Origin: a virus
Taxonomy: Duplodnaviria > Caudoviricetes
Length of the DNA: 64,000 bases
Reading direction: 5' to 3' (one strand)
IMG/VR virus record: IMGVR_UViG_3300028805_000086
Coordinates: 31,643 to 95,642 of that record
Positions within the stretch are counted from its first letter, which is position 1; each line of letters starts with the position of its first letter. Both the position numbers and the translations under genes were made by a program. Below the pieces are notes generated by a model, which was given only the letters and a program-made list of their open reading frames with translations, did no database searches and was not told the origin of the DNA. Shown in pieces: positions 43,416-56,100 of the stretch.

Positions 43416-43946
43416 ATGAAAATAGAACTTGTAAGATATCCTAAAGAGGAAGATCTAATTTGGATGAAACAATGTACACTTGGAACGGCGGGGAAGGACA
43501 CGAGTTCTCCCCCGTCTTCTAATTTAATAAGGAAATTATTGGCGGCAAGACATAGTCCAATACGTGAACTTACGTTTTCGTATGTAATCCGTGATATTCC
43601 ATATTGGGTGTCGGTGCATCTGGTGCGCCATCATGTGGGCTTTCAGCCTTATGTCGAGAGTCAACGTAATGATCGCCAGAGTAAGTACGATCGCAACAAA
43701 GCACCCCAGGATGCTCCGATCACAATGCGTGTTACGCTTAACGCAGAAGCATTGCTTACACTGGCGAACAAGCGTCTTTGCATGAAAGCTTCTCCTGAAA
43801 CAAGAGAAGTTGTTAAAGAAATGTGCAGACTGGCTGAGGAAAAAGTTCCAGAATTGCATGAATTTCTAGTTCCAATGTGCGATTATCACGGAGGAATTTG
43901 CTATGAAGTGCAATCTTGTGGCCGATCTAAGCACTTCGCGTCTTAA
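43416..43946 (+). CDS. thyX: FAD-dependent thymidylate synthase (ThyX-like)
   Basis: HSPIRE...VSVHLVRHH...VESQR...KRLC..AS.ETR motifs. Confidence 0.75.
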   Translation: MKIELVRYPKEEDLIWMKQCTLGTAGKDTSSPPSSNLIRKLLAARHSPIRELTFSYVIRDIPYWVSVHLVRHHVGFQPYVESQRNDRQSKYDRNKAPQDAPITMRVTLNAEALLTLANKRLCMKASPETREVVKEMCRLAEEKVPELHEFLVPMCDYHGGICYEVQSCGRSKHFAS

Positions 43947-43960
43947 ACATGGTTATTAAT

Positions 43961-44146
43961 GGGAGAGCAAAGTTAATTTGGGAGTGTATAAACCCGACGG
44001 AGGGCTGCTGAGCTCCGGCAAAATGCAGTTTTTAAAACTATCCGTCTTAATAGCTTAATGGAGGTGAGAAGATCGAGAGATCATTCGAACAAGAGCGCCT
44101 GAAAAGGAGACGCCGGTTCGAAGCCGGCAAAATTAACATGCTCTCT
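43961..44146 (+). ncRNA. Candidate ~185-nt structured ncRNA with T-arm-like hairpin
   Basis: Starts at motif 43937. 5' GAGAGCA..GTTAATTT pairs with 3' AAATTAAC.TGCTCTC; internal GACGGA/TCCGTC and GCCGG-TTCGAAG-CCGGC; no ORF. Confidence 0.6.
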
Positions 44147-45433
44147 GATATTTTTGAAAGGAGAAAAATAACCATGAAAAAGGAAAACTGGTTGGCACCA
44201 AACGCAGAGTTGTACATTAAGGCTACAAAAATCTACGAAGATGTAGCGGAAAAGTTAACGGAAGTCAGAGAATATGATCCGGAAGAAGCTTATGACGATC
44301 CTCGCTTGTTTATGTATATACGAATGTATCCGGAAAAATTTGAACCTTCAATAATCGGAAGAGAACTCGACAAAACAGTAGTACTTGTATTGGCTATGGA
44401 TAAGCTTGGAGCGAATATATTGGAAATGTCAAAAGCGGTTAAGCATATGATGGTTCTTTCGGCGTGTCAACATGTTATGCTTAATTGGCTAAAAAGCAGA
44501 AAAGATAATGATATTGAGTATCTGATGAATAAATACTTTTATGAAGCTTCTTTATGTTTTCTTGGTAGTTTCAATCAATAAACACTGGAATACTCTGTAA
44601 AATGCCGCGTCGGAAACATGGCCTTTGATAGGAAGGAGGTTATGTAAAATGACCGGAGTATATTTGACGATTGAGGACAAGAATAGCCTGGTGCTATTCC
44701 TCAAAGGAGCTGCGCGGAGTGGATATTTGCACAAACTTGATCTAAGGGAGGTGAATAACTGGATTAATGATGTGCAATTCCCAGTATGCATTCCTATCGA
44801 TGTGAACGGCATCGTGGATGTAGGAAGGAATCCAATTGTCAAAAGTATATTCGGAAAAGTTCTGGATAAAGGGCTTACTGAATATATCAGGAAAGCTATG
44901 GAGGCTGGGTAAACCAGTCTTCATATTTTTTGCAAAAAGAAAGGAGCGATTTTATGGAAGATTCCACGACAAAAATCATGAAAGACGGGGCTATTGCAAA
45001 TCAGTACAGCGTGCTTAAGCAATTGAAAGACTATTTATGGGTTATGTTCGAAAAAGAAGATGAAGACAAAGGCATTTATATTGACGATGAGCAAACAATA
45101 CGTGATATGTGCATGACTGTTATTGACACCGCCGATGCATTGAAAGGCTATGGAATTATTAGCGAGGCTGCAGATTCTGTCGACGAATATGGCCAAATTG
45201 GTCAGGTTAATTTCTTTAAACTGATATATAAAAACGGGAGAAGAGACAATGACGGGAATAGCAATTGATTTATTTACAGTTGTTTTGATGGTGGTTTTGT
45301 CGTTTATTTGTGGATATTCTGCCGGCCACAAGTACGGACGAATGGAGGTAAGGAAAAGTCTTAACGACTTATCTTCAACTATCACTAAATTGGCAGAAGG
45401 TCAGAAAAACGAAAAGGAGCATAAATTTTAATT

Positions 45434-46240
45434 ATGAATACCGCTATAACAAAAATGGTTAAACCGATTGTTGTATTTACTAAACACGGTTTGAAATTCA
45501 TTAGCAAGAATAGCAATTTGATATTAACAGTTGTAAGCGCATCTGGAGCAATTTTGTCTGTAGTGTGTGCGGTTAAAGGTACGATCAAAGCTGTACGCCT
45601 GTATGAGGAAGTGAAACCTCAGGGTACGGGTGAAATCATTAAGACTGTTTGGAAATGTTATATTCCTACGATTGGGTTAGTTCTTTTAACTACAATCGCA
45701 ATTGCCAGCAATGGCCGTATTAATGCACGTAAAATGGCAGTTCTGTCCAGTGCTCTGGCAGGAAGTCAGAACAGTCTGAAGTATCTTCAGGAAAAGATGA
45801 CCGAGGAAATCGGGCCTAAGAAAGCTCAGAAAGTTATTGATGCTGCGAAGAGTGAAGAGGCAAAACAGAATTTGCCAACATCAGAAAATGATATTATTGA
45901 CAGCGGAAAAGGCAAACAGATATTCTTCCTGAAGGATTATGGTCAATGGATTAAATCCTCATATGAGGGTATCCAACTTGCAGAACTACAGACAACTCAA
46001 GACATTCAAAACAGTCTGAATGGAATCGGCGATTCTAAGGTTCCTGCAAATGTAGCGCTTGAGCATCTGCATGCACGTACCTGTTTGCAAGGCGAGTATA
46101 ATGGATGGGATCCGCAGGACTTTAATAAAGGAAATAACCAAGGTCCTAAATTCAGGATCTCCAGCGAGTGGATGGAAGTACTTGGCGAGAATCAAATTGT
46201 AGGCACTGTATGGTTTGATCCAGAACCGAGTCCGCTTTGA
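45434..46240 (+). CDS. Membrane-anchored phage protein (DUF6353-like)
   Basis: KNSNLILTVVSASG...KTVWKCYIP..; paralog of 49744-50745. Confidence 0.55.
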   Translation: MNTAITKMVKPIVVFTKHGLKFISKNSNLILTVVSASGAILSVVCAVKGTIKAVRLYEEVKPQGTGEIIKTVWKCYIPTIGLVLLTTIAIASNGRINARKMAVLSSALAGSQNSLKYLQEKMTEEIGPKKAQKVIDAAKSEEAKQNLPTSENDIIDSGKGKQIFFLKDYGQWIKSSYEGIQLAELQTTQDIQNSLNGIGDSKVPANVALEHLHARTCLQGEYNGWDPQDFNKGNNQGPKFRISSEWMEVLGENQIVGTVWFDPEPSPL

Positions 46241-48386
46241 AAGACAACGACGTGGTGGGCAATCGATAATCAAAAGTCCACCACGTTTTCTATTGATCAA
46301 TTAGATGGATATTTGAGAGGTATTAACGATGAAAAGATCTTCACCCGAAAAAGGCACAATGATAATTAATGGCCATACTATGGCATTTGAAATTATTCGC
46401 AGTGAAAAACCGAGTGCTTTTGGCGTATATCAGAGTCGTATTTATGAAATGAATATCTTCCGTGATGGTACTTTGACAGCCGATTTCAATAAGAAATGGA
46501 TAAAAGTTCCTAATGCGGATGATGAGGAGACTCCATTGGCAATTGGGCATCTTATAGATGCTTATGGCAAAGAAAAGATCAAAATCAGAAAGGAGAAATA
46601 ACCATGAGTGAATTTGTACAGGTTATGACAATGAAGGACTATTTCAACAAGTATGCAATCGAGGGTCTGGTTAAGAATGGAGCCAGCAAGACCGCTGTCA
46701 AGGAACAGTTGTTGGATGCGTTCAGACGTGAAACGTTTAATACTGCTTCCATTATGGTTGGAAGCAAGGTATTCGGTGACAAATATGAGGCGAGCGATAA
46801 GGATAAGCAGAAGCTCAACAATATTCTCAAGAACACCAATAAAAAGTGGAAGAGTCTTGTCAAGGAATTCGCTAAATTCAAAGAGACCTGTGGATTTCTT
46901 ACTGAAGATGATTTTATGAAGTATATGAATGACCGAACAGAGTATCTTACCAAAGCAAATAATACAGAGTACGTAAGTGACGAAGATATTGCTAAGGAGG
47001 AAACTGAAGATGGATCCGATGAAGCCCGTTGATATAAGGCCTAATCATTTATGGAGCGAACGTATAACAGCAATAGATGAAAATGGTAAGCCTATTGCCG
47101 GACGGTATAAATGGGATTCTGGACCTCATCTGACTCCTGAACAGGAGCGCTGTGCACAACTGCTTGCTATGGATCGGGTTGTTGATTTCTTTATGAGTAG
47201 TTTTAAGGATATTACTCCTGAAGATATTGTCAAAAAGAAGAATGAACTGCTCACAGAAGCCCGCAAAGAAGTATCCGAAGGGAAACTTGGGTACGGACGT
47301 ATTTCGAGTAATGCGCAGGAACGTTATCATGCGGCATTACTGATAGCTAAAAAGGATCGCACATAAAACACAGCTATTAATGGAACTACTGTATTAACAG
47401 TAAGTATTTATATTTTTGAAAGGAGTAAAAAAAATGGAAGACAAGAATCAGAATCAGGAACCGGAAGAATTTGAAATGGATGAGGAACTTACAGCCTTCG
47501 GAAAAATCAAGAAGGCAGCTAAGACTGCTTGGAAGTTTGGGAAGTATGTTTTAACTGCTGCAATTGGTTGGGGAGGCAAAGCACTATTCGATCGGTTTAC
47601 AGGCAAAGATGATGACGATGAAGACGAAGGGTCTTCTGAAACGGAAGAGACTTCAGAAGAATAAGATTGATATTTACGGTAGTTCCGCCGTAAAGAGTAT
47701 GCGTTAAAAGGAACGTATACTCTTTATTTTTCACCGAGCATTTTCTGGATTAAGGGTCGTCAGTGAGCGCCTATCCGGAAGGTATGCCAAAATCTGAAAG
47801 GAGAGGACCGATGTTAGATAAATTTACACAGCGATTGATGGATTCTTTGCATCGAAGTGTAAGGAAAACCGTCATTCCGATGAGGGAGGTGCTTAGGCAG
47901 AATGTTAATGCGCAAATGGATATTGGGAGTAAACTGCTGAAATTTGGCACAATGATTCTGTTATTCTTAGGGATAACAAAAATGAATCAATTAGAGGACC
48001 GCCCGAAAAAACTCGAGCAACCGACAATTATTATAAATAATTATCTTAATGATAAACGTAAAAAGGAGGAGGATGCATGAACCTCGAATTCGATGAAGAT
48101 GCTTTAATGGAATTGAAAAGCTATCTTACACCAAAGAAAGCGATAAAAGCAGTGCTTGGAACTTTAGTTTCTTTAGGAGCTACTGCTGCTGTAATCGCTA
48201 TGTTCAGGAATCCAATAAAAGCATCAAAAGGTATTATTAAGTTATTAATGGTTATGGGCGTTTTTATGCTCGGATGCAAAGCCGGAGATATTGCAGAGGA
48301 GCACTGCAAACAGACAATTGATAATCTTGCTGAAACTGCAGATGATATTAAAAATGAACTAAAATTGGAAGGAGAAAATACGAATA

Positions 48387-49097
48387 ATGCCACAGATGCC
48401 AATGGACGAGATTCCAAGCAACAGCTTAAAATCTCAGGAAGAATCGATGAAAGCAGCGAATCAACCGACAAAACTGGAGAAACCTCCGCTTCCAACATTC
48501 GGAGGCGTTGGAAACGCAAAAAGAAAGGAACCGAATAAGTTCTGGGCCTGGATGCGTAAAATGTTTCTTAGTGATCGAAAGCCTAAAGACATTATGAAAT
48601 CTATTATGGAGGATCAGGTCATACCTGGAATAAAAGATAATTTCCGTAACAGTTTCGTTTCTAGTCTCGATATGTTTATTTATGATGGTGCAAAGACTGT
48701 ATCGCAATCCTCAACCACAAATCACATCAGTTATAATAGTATGTATCAAAAGCAACAGGCGAATAAACCTTATGGAACGAACAATACTCAGTCAAAAACG
48801 GATATTCCTGATGAACCTGCGGTGAATAATAGTTTCAGCAACCCTACATTTAAGTACAGGCATAATACTGATCCAAAAAATATAGGTGCTGAGAATTTCC
48901 TCGCAGCAATTAAATCTCGTGAGTATCCAACGTTTAGTGTAATGGATCTATATAGTATGCAAGGAAAAGTTATCAGCTGGACATGGGAAGTTTGGGGCTG
49001 GAACAAGGAAGAACTTCAGAATCTTAAGATTAGCAGGATTAACAATCCAGAAAAACCATATGTTATTGAGTTCCCTCCAGCACATCAAATTACCTAA
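48387..49097 (+). CDS. Conserved hypothetical protein, paralog of 49162-49665
   Basis: Shared C-terminal pattern AE..L....SxxDL....WGW..EEL...Y.IxxP. Confidence 0.6.
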   Translation: MPQMPMDEIPSNSLKSQEESMKAANQPTKLEKPPLPTFGGVGNAKRKEPNKFWAWMRKMFLSDRKPKDIMKSIMEDQVIPGIKDNFRNSFVSSLDMFIYDGAKTVSQSSTTNHISYNSMYQKQQANKPYGTNNTQSKTDIPDEPAVNNSFSNPTFKYRHNTDPKNIGAENFLAAIKSREYPTFSVMDLYSMQGKVISWTWEVWGWNKEELQNLKISRINNPEKPYVIEFPPAHQIT

Positions 49098-49161
49098 TTA
49101 AACGACGCGGTGGTGGAGTAGCTCTGCCACCGCAATTTATATTCTGAAAGGAGAACCAACC

Positions 49162-49665
49162 ATGCAAATTAAAACTGTATTTCAACTTATATCCGGTGTA
49201 GGTATTGGATATTTGATCTTTGCCGATGATGAAAGCAAAGAAAAAGCAGTTCATAGTATTAAGAAGACTTTATATAAGTGGCAGACAGGCGAAGATCTTG
49301 ATAAAAAGAAGAAGCCCGTTTCATATCACACAAATTATTGCAATTATAAACCAAAAACGACGGATAAGCAGACACTTGATGATATTGAATCAGAGCTTAT
49401 CAAATTACTTACTTTCAGTAAAAAAGATGCAGCTGAAGAGTATCTGTCGATGCTAAAAGATATTTTTACAAATGAAATGTCTATATGCGATTTATTTGAA
49501 ATGCATAAAAAAGTTATATCATTCGAATATGATAAATATGGATGGACGGCTGAAGAACTGCAAAATGCTAAAGTAATTGAAATGGTTAAAACGAAATTTG
49601 GCGAATCAAGTCTTATTACTGGAAAATACATAATTGATCTTCCAGAGTGGCATTCGCTCGTATAA
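49162..49665 (+). CDS. Conserved hypothetical protein
   Basis: RBS AAAGGAG; YGWTAEELQNA..YIIDLP. Confidence 0.6.
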   Translation: MQIKTVFQLISGVGIGYLIFADDESKEKAVHSIKKTLYKWQTGEDLDKKKKPVSYHTNYCNYKPKTTDKQTLDDIESELIKLLTFSKKDAAEEYLSMLKDIFTNEMSICDLFEMHKKVISFEYDKYGWTAEELQNAKVIEMVKTKFGESSLITGKYIIDLPEWHSLV

Positions 49666-49743
49666 AAAACATAGCATAAGACGGACGGGATTTGGTTGTC
49701 GTAATGATGACCAAACCCGTTATTTTATATTTTCACAGAAAGG

Positions 49744-50745
49744 ATGATGCATATGGGTATCGGACAAGCACTTATGGCAGTAAAGGTTCTGCCAAAAATC
49801 TTGGTTAAGAATTTCCACAAACTGGCATTTGCAACCAAGAAAGCAAGTCCTCAGATTCTCGTAGTTAGTGGTGTAGTAATCACCGGAGCTGCGTTTACCT
49901 GGGGAATCATCAATGCAACAAAACTTAACAAGACGTTGGATGAAACAAAAACGAACGTTGAACTAATCGAGGCTAAGAAGAATGATATTTCTGAAGATGA
50001 TAAAAAGAGTATTCAGGAGTGGCAAAAAGAACTTAATAAGGCTAAAGCAGACGCGATTTGGAGAGTATTTAAGCTTATTGGCATCCCTTCAATCGTCTTT
50101 GCTAGCGGTATTGCATTCATTGTCGGTGGGCATATGATATTGGTAAGACGATTTGGCGAATTGTCGGTGGGTTTTGCTGCATTGCAATCGAAATTTGATA
50201 AATATCGACAATTGAATATTGCAGAACATGGCGAAGAATGTGACCGACGGTATATTCAGAGTGTTGTTAATGAGAAGAAAGTAGAAGCCGTTATCAAGGA
50301 CGAGAACGGCAATGTCATTAATGCCACAACTGCCGCCGTTCAGAATATTGACCGCAATGCTGGTACCAGTATGTACACATTTATATTCTCGGAAGAGTTC
50401 TCTCGTAAGTGGAATCGCGATACGCTTATGAATTTGAGCTTCTTGAAGTGTCAGGAAAGATATTGGAACGCATGTCTTGACTCCGGGAAAGTCGTAATTC
50501 TGAAAAATGTGCTGGACGATCTGGGTATTGAGCTCGATCCGGATGATCCTGCGAATGATTACACGATGATTGCAGGATGGCGTCCTAATGGCGATGGCGA
50601 TCGTAAGGTTGATTTTGGCATTATGCGTGAAATCAATAAGCCGGCCATTGATCTCGATGAGAATATTATATTCCTGAACTTCAATTGCGATGGCAATCTG
50701 TATCATTCAACAAGATATACTAAAGATGGAAGGAAGGTATGTTAA
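49744..50745 (+). CDS. Membrane-anchored phage protein (DUF6353-like)
   Basis: KKASPQILVVSG...AGW...VDFGI...LNFNCDG. Confidence 0.6.
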   Translation: MMHMGIGQALMAVKVLPKILVKNFHKLAFATKKASPQILVVSGVVITGAAFTWGIINATKLNKTLDETKTNVELIEAKKNDISEDDKKSIQEWQKELNKAKADAIWRVFKLIGIPSIVFASGIAFIVGGHMILVRRFGELSVGFAALQSKFDKYRQLNIAEHGEECDRRYIQSVVNEKKVEAVIKDENGNVINATTAAVQNIDRNAGTSMYTFIFSEEFSRKWNRDTLMNLSFLKCQERYWNACLDSGKVVILKNVLDDLGIELDPDDPANDYTMIAGWRPNGDGDRKVDFGIMREINKPAIDLDENIIFLNFNCDGNLYHSTRYTKDGRKVC

Positions 50746-51251
50746 ACTATGGGTATTGGTATTAAAGGAGCAGGTATCACAGTTAGCGGAATCGCTGCGT
50801 ATATCATTATCAATCGTCTGATCCGCGCAAGTAAAGATATTGTAAGCAACCTTACAGAGGCCTCTAAATGGCGCAATTACTACCGTTTCGGTAACGACCG
50901 TACTGTACCGCCGGGATATGCCCGGGTGCGGGTAGATGACCCCAAAAACGGCTCCTATGAGGATCGTAGCCCTGAGGAACAGAGAAAAGAAGAGAATAGG
51001 AATAAAGACGGCTTCTTTGATGAGGAAACAAAGAACAAAATAAGTGATTTCATCGTTAATTCTATTGATAATTTCATTCATAGAAACGATCCTCCTAAGG
51101 AAAATAATGTAGTTCCTATGTTCAAAGCCGAGGATACTGATGGTGATGAGATTGACATTTCTGAAGAAGTCGATGAGAGTATGGAAAGTGATGCTGAGGG
51201 TACTAAGGGTACTAAGGGTACGGACGAAAACGATGGAGAGGATGAGGTCGA

Positions 51252-52022
51252 ATGAGATTTTGGCTTAAGATCGCTATCGGTGTATTGAGTGGATTTGCTG
51301 GCGGCTTTGCCGCTGGCTTTTTCACTCATAAGAAAATTAATGACGTTAAGTTCGAAGAGGTAAGCGAAGAAGAACTTAATGAATTATTGAACGATTGTCC
51401 AGAAATAAATCCCGGAAAAGCGGTAAATGCATCGAATAAAGACACCTCCATAAATGGCCTTAAACGGGCCGAGAAGGCCCTTGATAAGTACAGTGATGAT
51501 CCTGATAAGCTGAGGCTTGCAATGGGCGGGAAGACCCCTTATATCGACGCAGACGACGAGAAAAAGCGTGAATATTCGAAAATGTGGGAAACTACTAAGA
51601 AATACTCGAATGAAGAAAATGCAAACGGTCTTCCTGTAGAAGAAAACGATGAAGATCTCGACGTTATGAGGGAGATCGATCAGGAATTCTATGAGAGTCT
51701 TGACGAGGTTGATGAGCCTCCGGAAACAACAGTTCCGCACAAAATTTCACTCGGAGAGTTCTATGAAGAACATCGGGAATATGATAAAGTAACGATTGAC
51801 TGGTATGATGAAGACGATGTTGTACTAGACGAGAAGGAAGAAATTGTCGCTGATCCGACTACTTATGTAGGATGCTCAATGAAGGAATTGTTTAAGGATC
51901 CGCCTGTTGACGGAGATCCAGATGCAGTTTACGTACGTAATGATCAGTACCATTCGGACTATGAAATTATTAGACACCATACCAGTTATGTAGCAACAAT
52001 TGGTGGCGGAGGTGATGCTTAA
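51252..52022 (+). CDS. Acidic membrane-anchored conserved phage protein
   Basis: N-terminal GFAGGFAAG TM segment; DPDAVYVRND..DYEI. Confidence 0.6.
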   Translation: MRFWLKIAIGVLSGFAGGFAAGFFTHKKINDVKFEEVSEEELNELLNDCPEINPGKAVNASNKDTSINGLKRAEKALDKYSDDPDKLRLAMGGKTPYIDADDEKKREYSKMWETTKKYSNEENANGLPVEENDEDLDVMREIDQEFYESLDEVDEPPETTVPHKISLGEFYEEHREYDKVTIDWYDEDDVVLDEKEEIVADPTTYVGCSMKELFKDPPVDGDPDAVYVRNDQYHSDYEIIRHHTSYVATIGGGGDA

Positions 52023-52084
52023 TTGAATGGATATTTTCATAAAATTAAGATTGGTTTTCCGTGTTTAAAGCAAGGTGATCCGCC

Positions 52085-52675
52085 TTGATAAGACGTACAG
52101 GAGATCCCTATTTTGATTGGTTATGTATGAAAATAGGGGTTGATAGCAGGAAGCCAAATAGGAATTATTGGAACATGGTGACAATGCTTCATGGAATCGA
52201 TTTTAAGCCTTGTATGGAACGAGATGAGAATCGTGCCGGTGACGGAATTCAGCTTAGAGTTGATTTCATGAATGCTCATGGACCCTTCGGTTCGGCAACA
52301 AATCGAGGGCCCTGCACCATGTTAGAATTCCTGGTTTCACTTGCTGGAAAGATGAATTTTTTGATGTATGAGGAGGACAATCCGCATCGTACAGAGTGGT
52401 ATTTTTGGAAGCTTATTCGGAATCTTGGGTTGCGTAAGTTTACGGACGATCACTGGGATGAATGTCATGGAGAGTTCTTTGTGGAGGATGCTTGCGACCG
52501 TGTTCTGAATCGAAAATATATGTATGATGGAGACGGTGGATTATTCCCTCTGAGACATCCTCAACAAGACCAGACAATGGTAGAAATTTGGAGTCAAATG
52601 CACGCTTGGCTGGGCGAAAATAGTGATATAGATTTGTTTGCAGAAGAGTCAGATTTGTCAGATTTATACTTTTAA
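52085..52675 (+). CDS. Conserved phage protein (YFDWL...DENRAGDG..LR...GGLFP...EIWSQM)
   Basis: 196-aa ORF immediately before the ori-like region. Confidence 0.6.
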   Translation: MIRRTGDPYFDWLCMKIGVDSRKPNRNYWNMVTMLHGIDFKPCMERDENRAGDGIQLRVDFMNAHGPFGSATNRGPCTMLEFLVSLAGKMNFLMYEEDNPHRTEWYFWKLIRNLGLRKFTDDHWDECHGEFFVEDACDRVLNRKYMYDGDGGLFPLRHPQQDQTMVEIWSQMHAWLGENSDIDLFAEESDLSDLYF

Positions 52676-53080
52676 ACAAGTGAAAAATGTTGTGCAAAAA
52701 CGTGCATTTTTGTGACAAATATTTGTAACATTGTGACATTTTTGAATAAAAAATGGCCAAAAATGGCACTTTTTGAAACTATCAAAAATGGTCAAAAATG
52801 GCCAAAAAATGCACTTTGTGACAAATATTTGTAACATTGTGACATTTTTGAAATCAAATTTGTCACACTTTTTGGGTTATTTTTATGCTATTTTTGCCTA
52901 TTTTTGGGCTAAAAATGGCACTTTTTGGCTATTTTTGTATGTTTTTTACTAATTTTGTGACAAATTTACAAATTTGATGTTAAAAACTTTTATATTTTTA
53001 ATTTTTTAAATTTTAAAAAGTTTTTACGCGATGTTTTTATTTTTGCACAAAATAACAAAAATGGCCTTTTTTCACGTTAA
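52676..53080. repeat. AT-rich iterated region, putative replication origin
   Basis: 38-bp exact direct repeat (52709-52746, 52815-52852), TGTGACA/TGTCACA in both orientations, and several AAAAATGGCM copies; directly upstream of the replicase. Confidence 0.7.
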
Positions 53081-53104
53081 AAGAAAGGAGGGTCGATCGA
53101 ATGA

Positions 53105-56100
53105 ATGAAACTTGATTTTTATAAAATTAACACATCATATCCTAAGAAAAATCTTTGTGAAATTTCAGCAGAGTTTTTGATTAAGCCGTCAAAAGATCTT
53201 ATGATTCGCGGAGGCGAATTTTATGCGGCGTTGAACAAAGATACCGGACTCTGGACTACAAATTTGTATGATGTACAAGAATGGATTGACGAAGAGTTAT
53301 TCAAATGCAAAACTGAGCGTGAATCTCTTATGAATAATTCGGAGTATTTAGTTACTATAAAAAATTTAGGAAGTTACAGAACAAAAGCATGGAAAGAATT
53401 TCTTGGATATTTGGATTCACTTCCCGATCATTATAAGCAACTAGATTCCAAACTGTGTTTCAGTAATACAAAAATTAAGCCAGATGATTATATTTCTAAG
53501 CAATTGCCATACCCACTGGAAAAAGGTAATTATGACGCATGGGACGAAATAGTCGGTACACTGTATGATCCAGAGGAACGTGAAAAGATCGAATGGTGTA
53601 TAGGCGCAGTTGTAAGTGGAGACAGTCGATCGATTCAAAAGTTTCTGGTGTTCAATGGCGATCCTGGAGCAGGCAAGGGAACGATTCTTAAAGTTATACG
53701 AAAACTATTTGATGGATATTGCGCTAGTTTTAATGCTAAATCATTAACGCAATCGAATAAAGAGTTTGCAATGGAAACTTTTAGAAGTAATCCATTGGTG
53801 GCAATTCAGGAAGATGGCGATTTGAGTAAAATTGAAGACAATACTAAATTGAACTCAGTCGTTAGTCATGAGACAATGGAGATGAATGAAAAATATAAGT
53901 CTTCTTATGATTTCACGCCTCGTGCATTTTTATTTATGGCATCAAATAAGCCTGTTAAGATAACGGATGCTAAAAGTGGTATTATCAGACGTCTTATTGA
54001 TGTTCGTCCAAATGGCAATCATATTGAAAGAAGTCGATATGATATGCTGATGGCTCAAATCGATTTTGAACTTAGCGGAATTGCCTGGCATTGTCTTGAG
54101 GTCTATAGAGAAAAAGGTAAAAAGTATTATGATGGCTATCGTCCGATGGAAATGATTTATCAGACAGATCCATTCTTTAACTTTATGGAATTTAATTACG
54201 ATACATTTGCAACAGATAATGGCGTATCATTGAAAAATGCATATGCTATGTGGAAAGAATATTGTGAAGCATCTGGCGTAAATGTGAATTTGTATAAAAT
54301 GTATGAGCTTCGTGAAGAACTGAAAAGTTATTTTAAAAACTTTGATGAGCTTACACGAATAGATGGAGTACAGGTTCGTAGTTATTATAGCGATTTTATA
54401 AAGACCAAGTTCAAGAATGGTGTAAGTCCAAAGAAACGAAGACCTGGTCAAGAGGAAAAAGCTCTAGGTTTAGTCCTTGATCAAACGGTAAGTCCGTTGG
54501 ATGATATTCTTAAAGATTGTTTGGCACAATATGGTGAAAAGAAAGGAGACGGAAGTAAACCAAAGGAGCCATGGTCAAAAGTGAAGAGTAAACTTTGTGA
54601 TCTAGACACAAAGCAGCTTCACTTTGTATTACTTCCGAAAAATCATATTGTCATTGATTTTGACTTGAAAAATGAAAAAGGAGAAAAAGACAGGCAAAAG
54701 AATCTTGAAGCAGCGGCTAAATGGCCGAGAACATATGCTGAATTTAGTCAAGGTGGAAATGGTGTTCATCTTCATTATATTTATGATGGCAATGTGGAAG
54801 AGCTTGATAGTCTTTATGATAAGGATATTGAAGTGAAAGTATATTCTGGTCATGCGAGTCTCAGAAGAAAACTTAGCTTGTGTAATAATCTTCCAGTAGC
54901 AGTTCTTAATTGTGGACTGCCGAGAAAGGAGGTAAGCAAAGTGATTGATTTTGAGGCGGTAAAAGATGAAAAGCATCTTAGAGCCATCATAGCGAAATGC
55001 TTGAAGAAAGAAACAAAACAGCCTTATACTAAGCCATGTATGGATTTGATAAAGAAAACATTGGACGATGCGTATAAGGCCAGTTTGAACTATGATATTC
55101 GTGATATGCGACCTGCGATCATGGCCTTTGCCAGTAAAAGTCATAATCAAAAAGAAGTTTGTCTTAAGATTGCTAATGATCTTCATTATAGTGGAAAATT
55201 GCAAGAAGGTAATGGCCTGGATAAACCTGTTAGAATTATAAAAGAAAAAGTTCAAATGGAACAGGAATCTGATCTTGTATTTTATGATATTGAGGTTTAT
55301 CCGAATTTACTGCTTATTTGCTGGAAAGAGTCTGGTGAAGGAAAGCCTGTGCACAGCTTGACTAATCCGACTAAGGAAGCAATTGAACACTTAATGAAAA
55401 TGAAGTTAGTTGGATTTAACTGTAGACGATATGATAATCATGTTATTTATGCCAGATATCTTGGGTATAATAATGATCAGATCTATAGACTTAGCCAGAG
55501 AATTATTAATGGCAGTCAGAATGCTATGTTTGGAAATGCCTATGATATTTCTTATACTGATGTATATGATTTTGCAGCAAAGAAACAGAGTTTGAAGAAA
55601 TGGGAAATTGAATTAGGCATTCATCATCAGGAAATGGGAATTCCGTGGGATCAGCCCGTTCCGGAAGATCGATGGAATGAAGTTATTGGATATTGTAGCA
55701 ATGATGTTATTGCGACGGAAGCCGTGTTTAATCATTTGTCTGGCGATTTCCAGGCAAGAAAGATATTAGCCGAAATTGCTGGAATGAATGTAAATGCCAC
55801 AACAAACCAATTAACAACAAGAATCATTTTTGGAGATGCAGTTGACCCTCAGAAACAATTTATATATCCTGATTTAAAGAAAAAGTTTCCTGGATATGTT
55901 TTTGAGAATGGAAAAAGTTATTATAAAGGAGAACTAATAGGTGAAGGCGGACGTGTCTATGCGGTTCCCGGAATCTATCATAATGTTATAACTTTTGACG
56001 TAGCCAGCATGCATCCTCACAGCATAATTGCTGAAAATGGATTTGGGCCATTTACTGAACGATTTAAGCAGCTTCTTGATATTCGTATTGCGATTAAGCA

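Noticed and set aside
51198-51221. Tandem 9-bp repeat GGGTACTAA
   Set aside because: Simple in-frame slippage (GTK repeats) in a disordered acidic tail.
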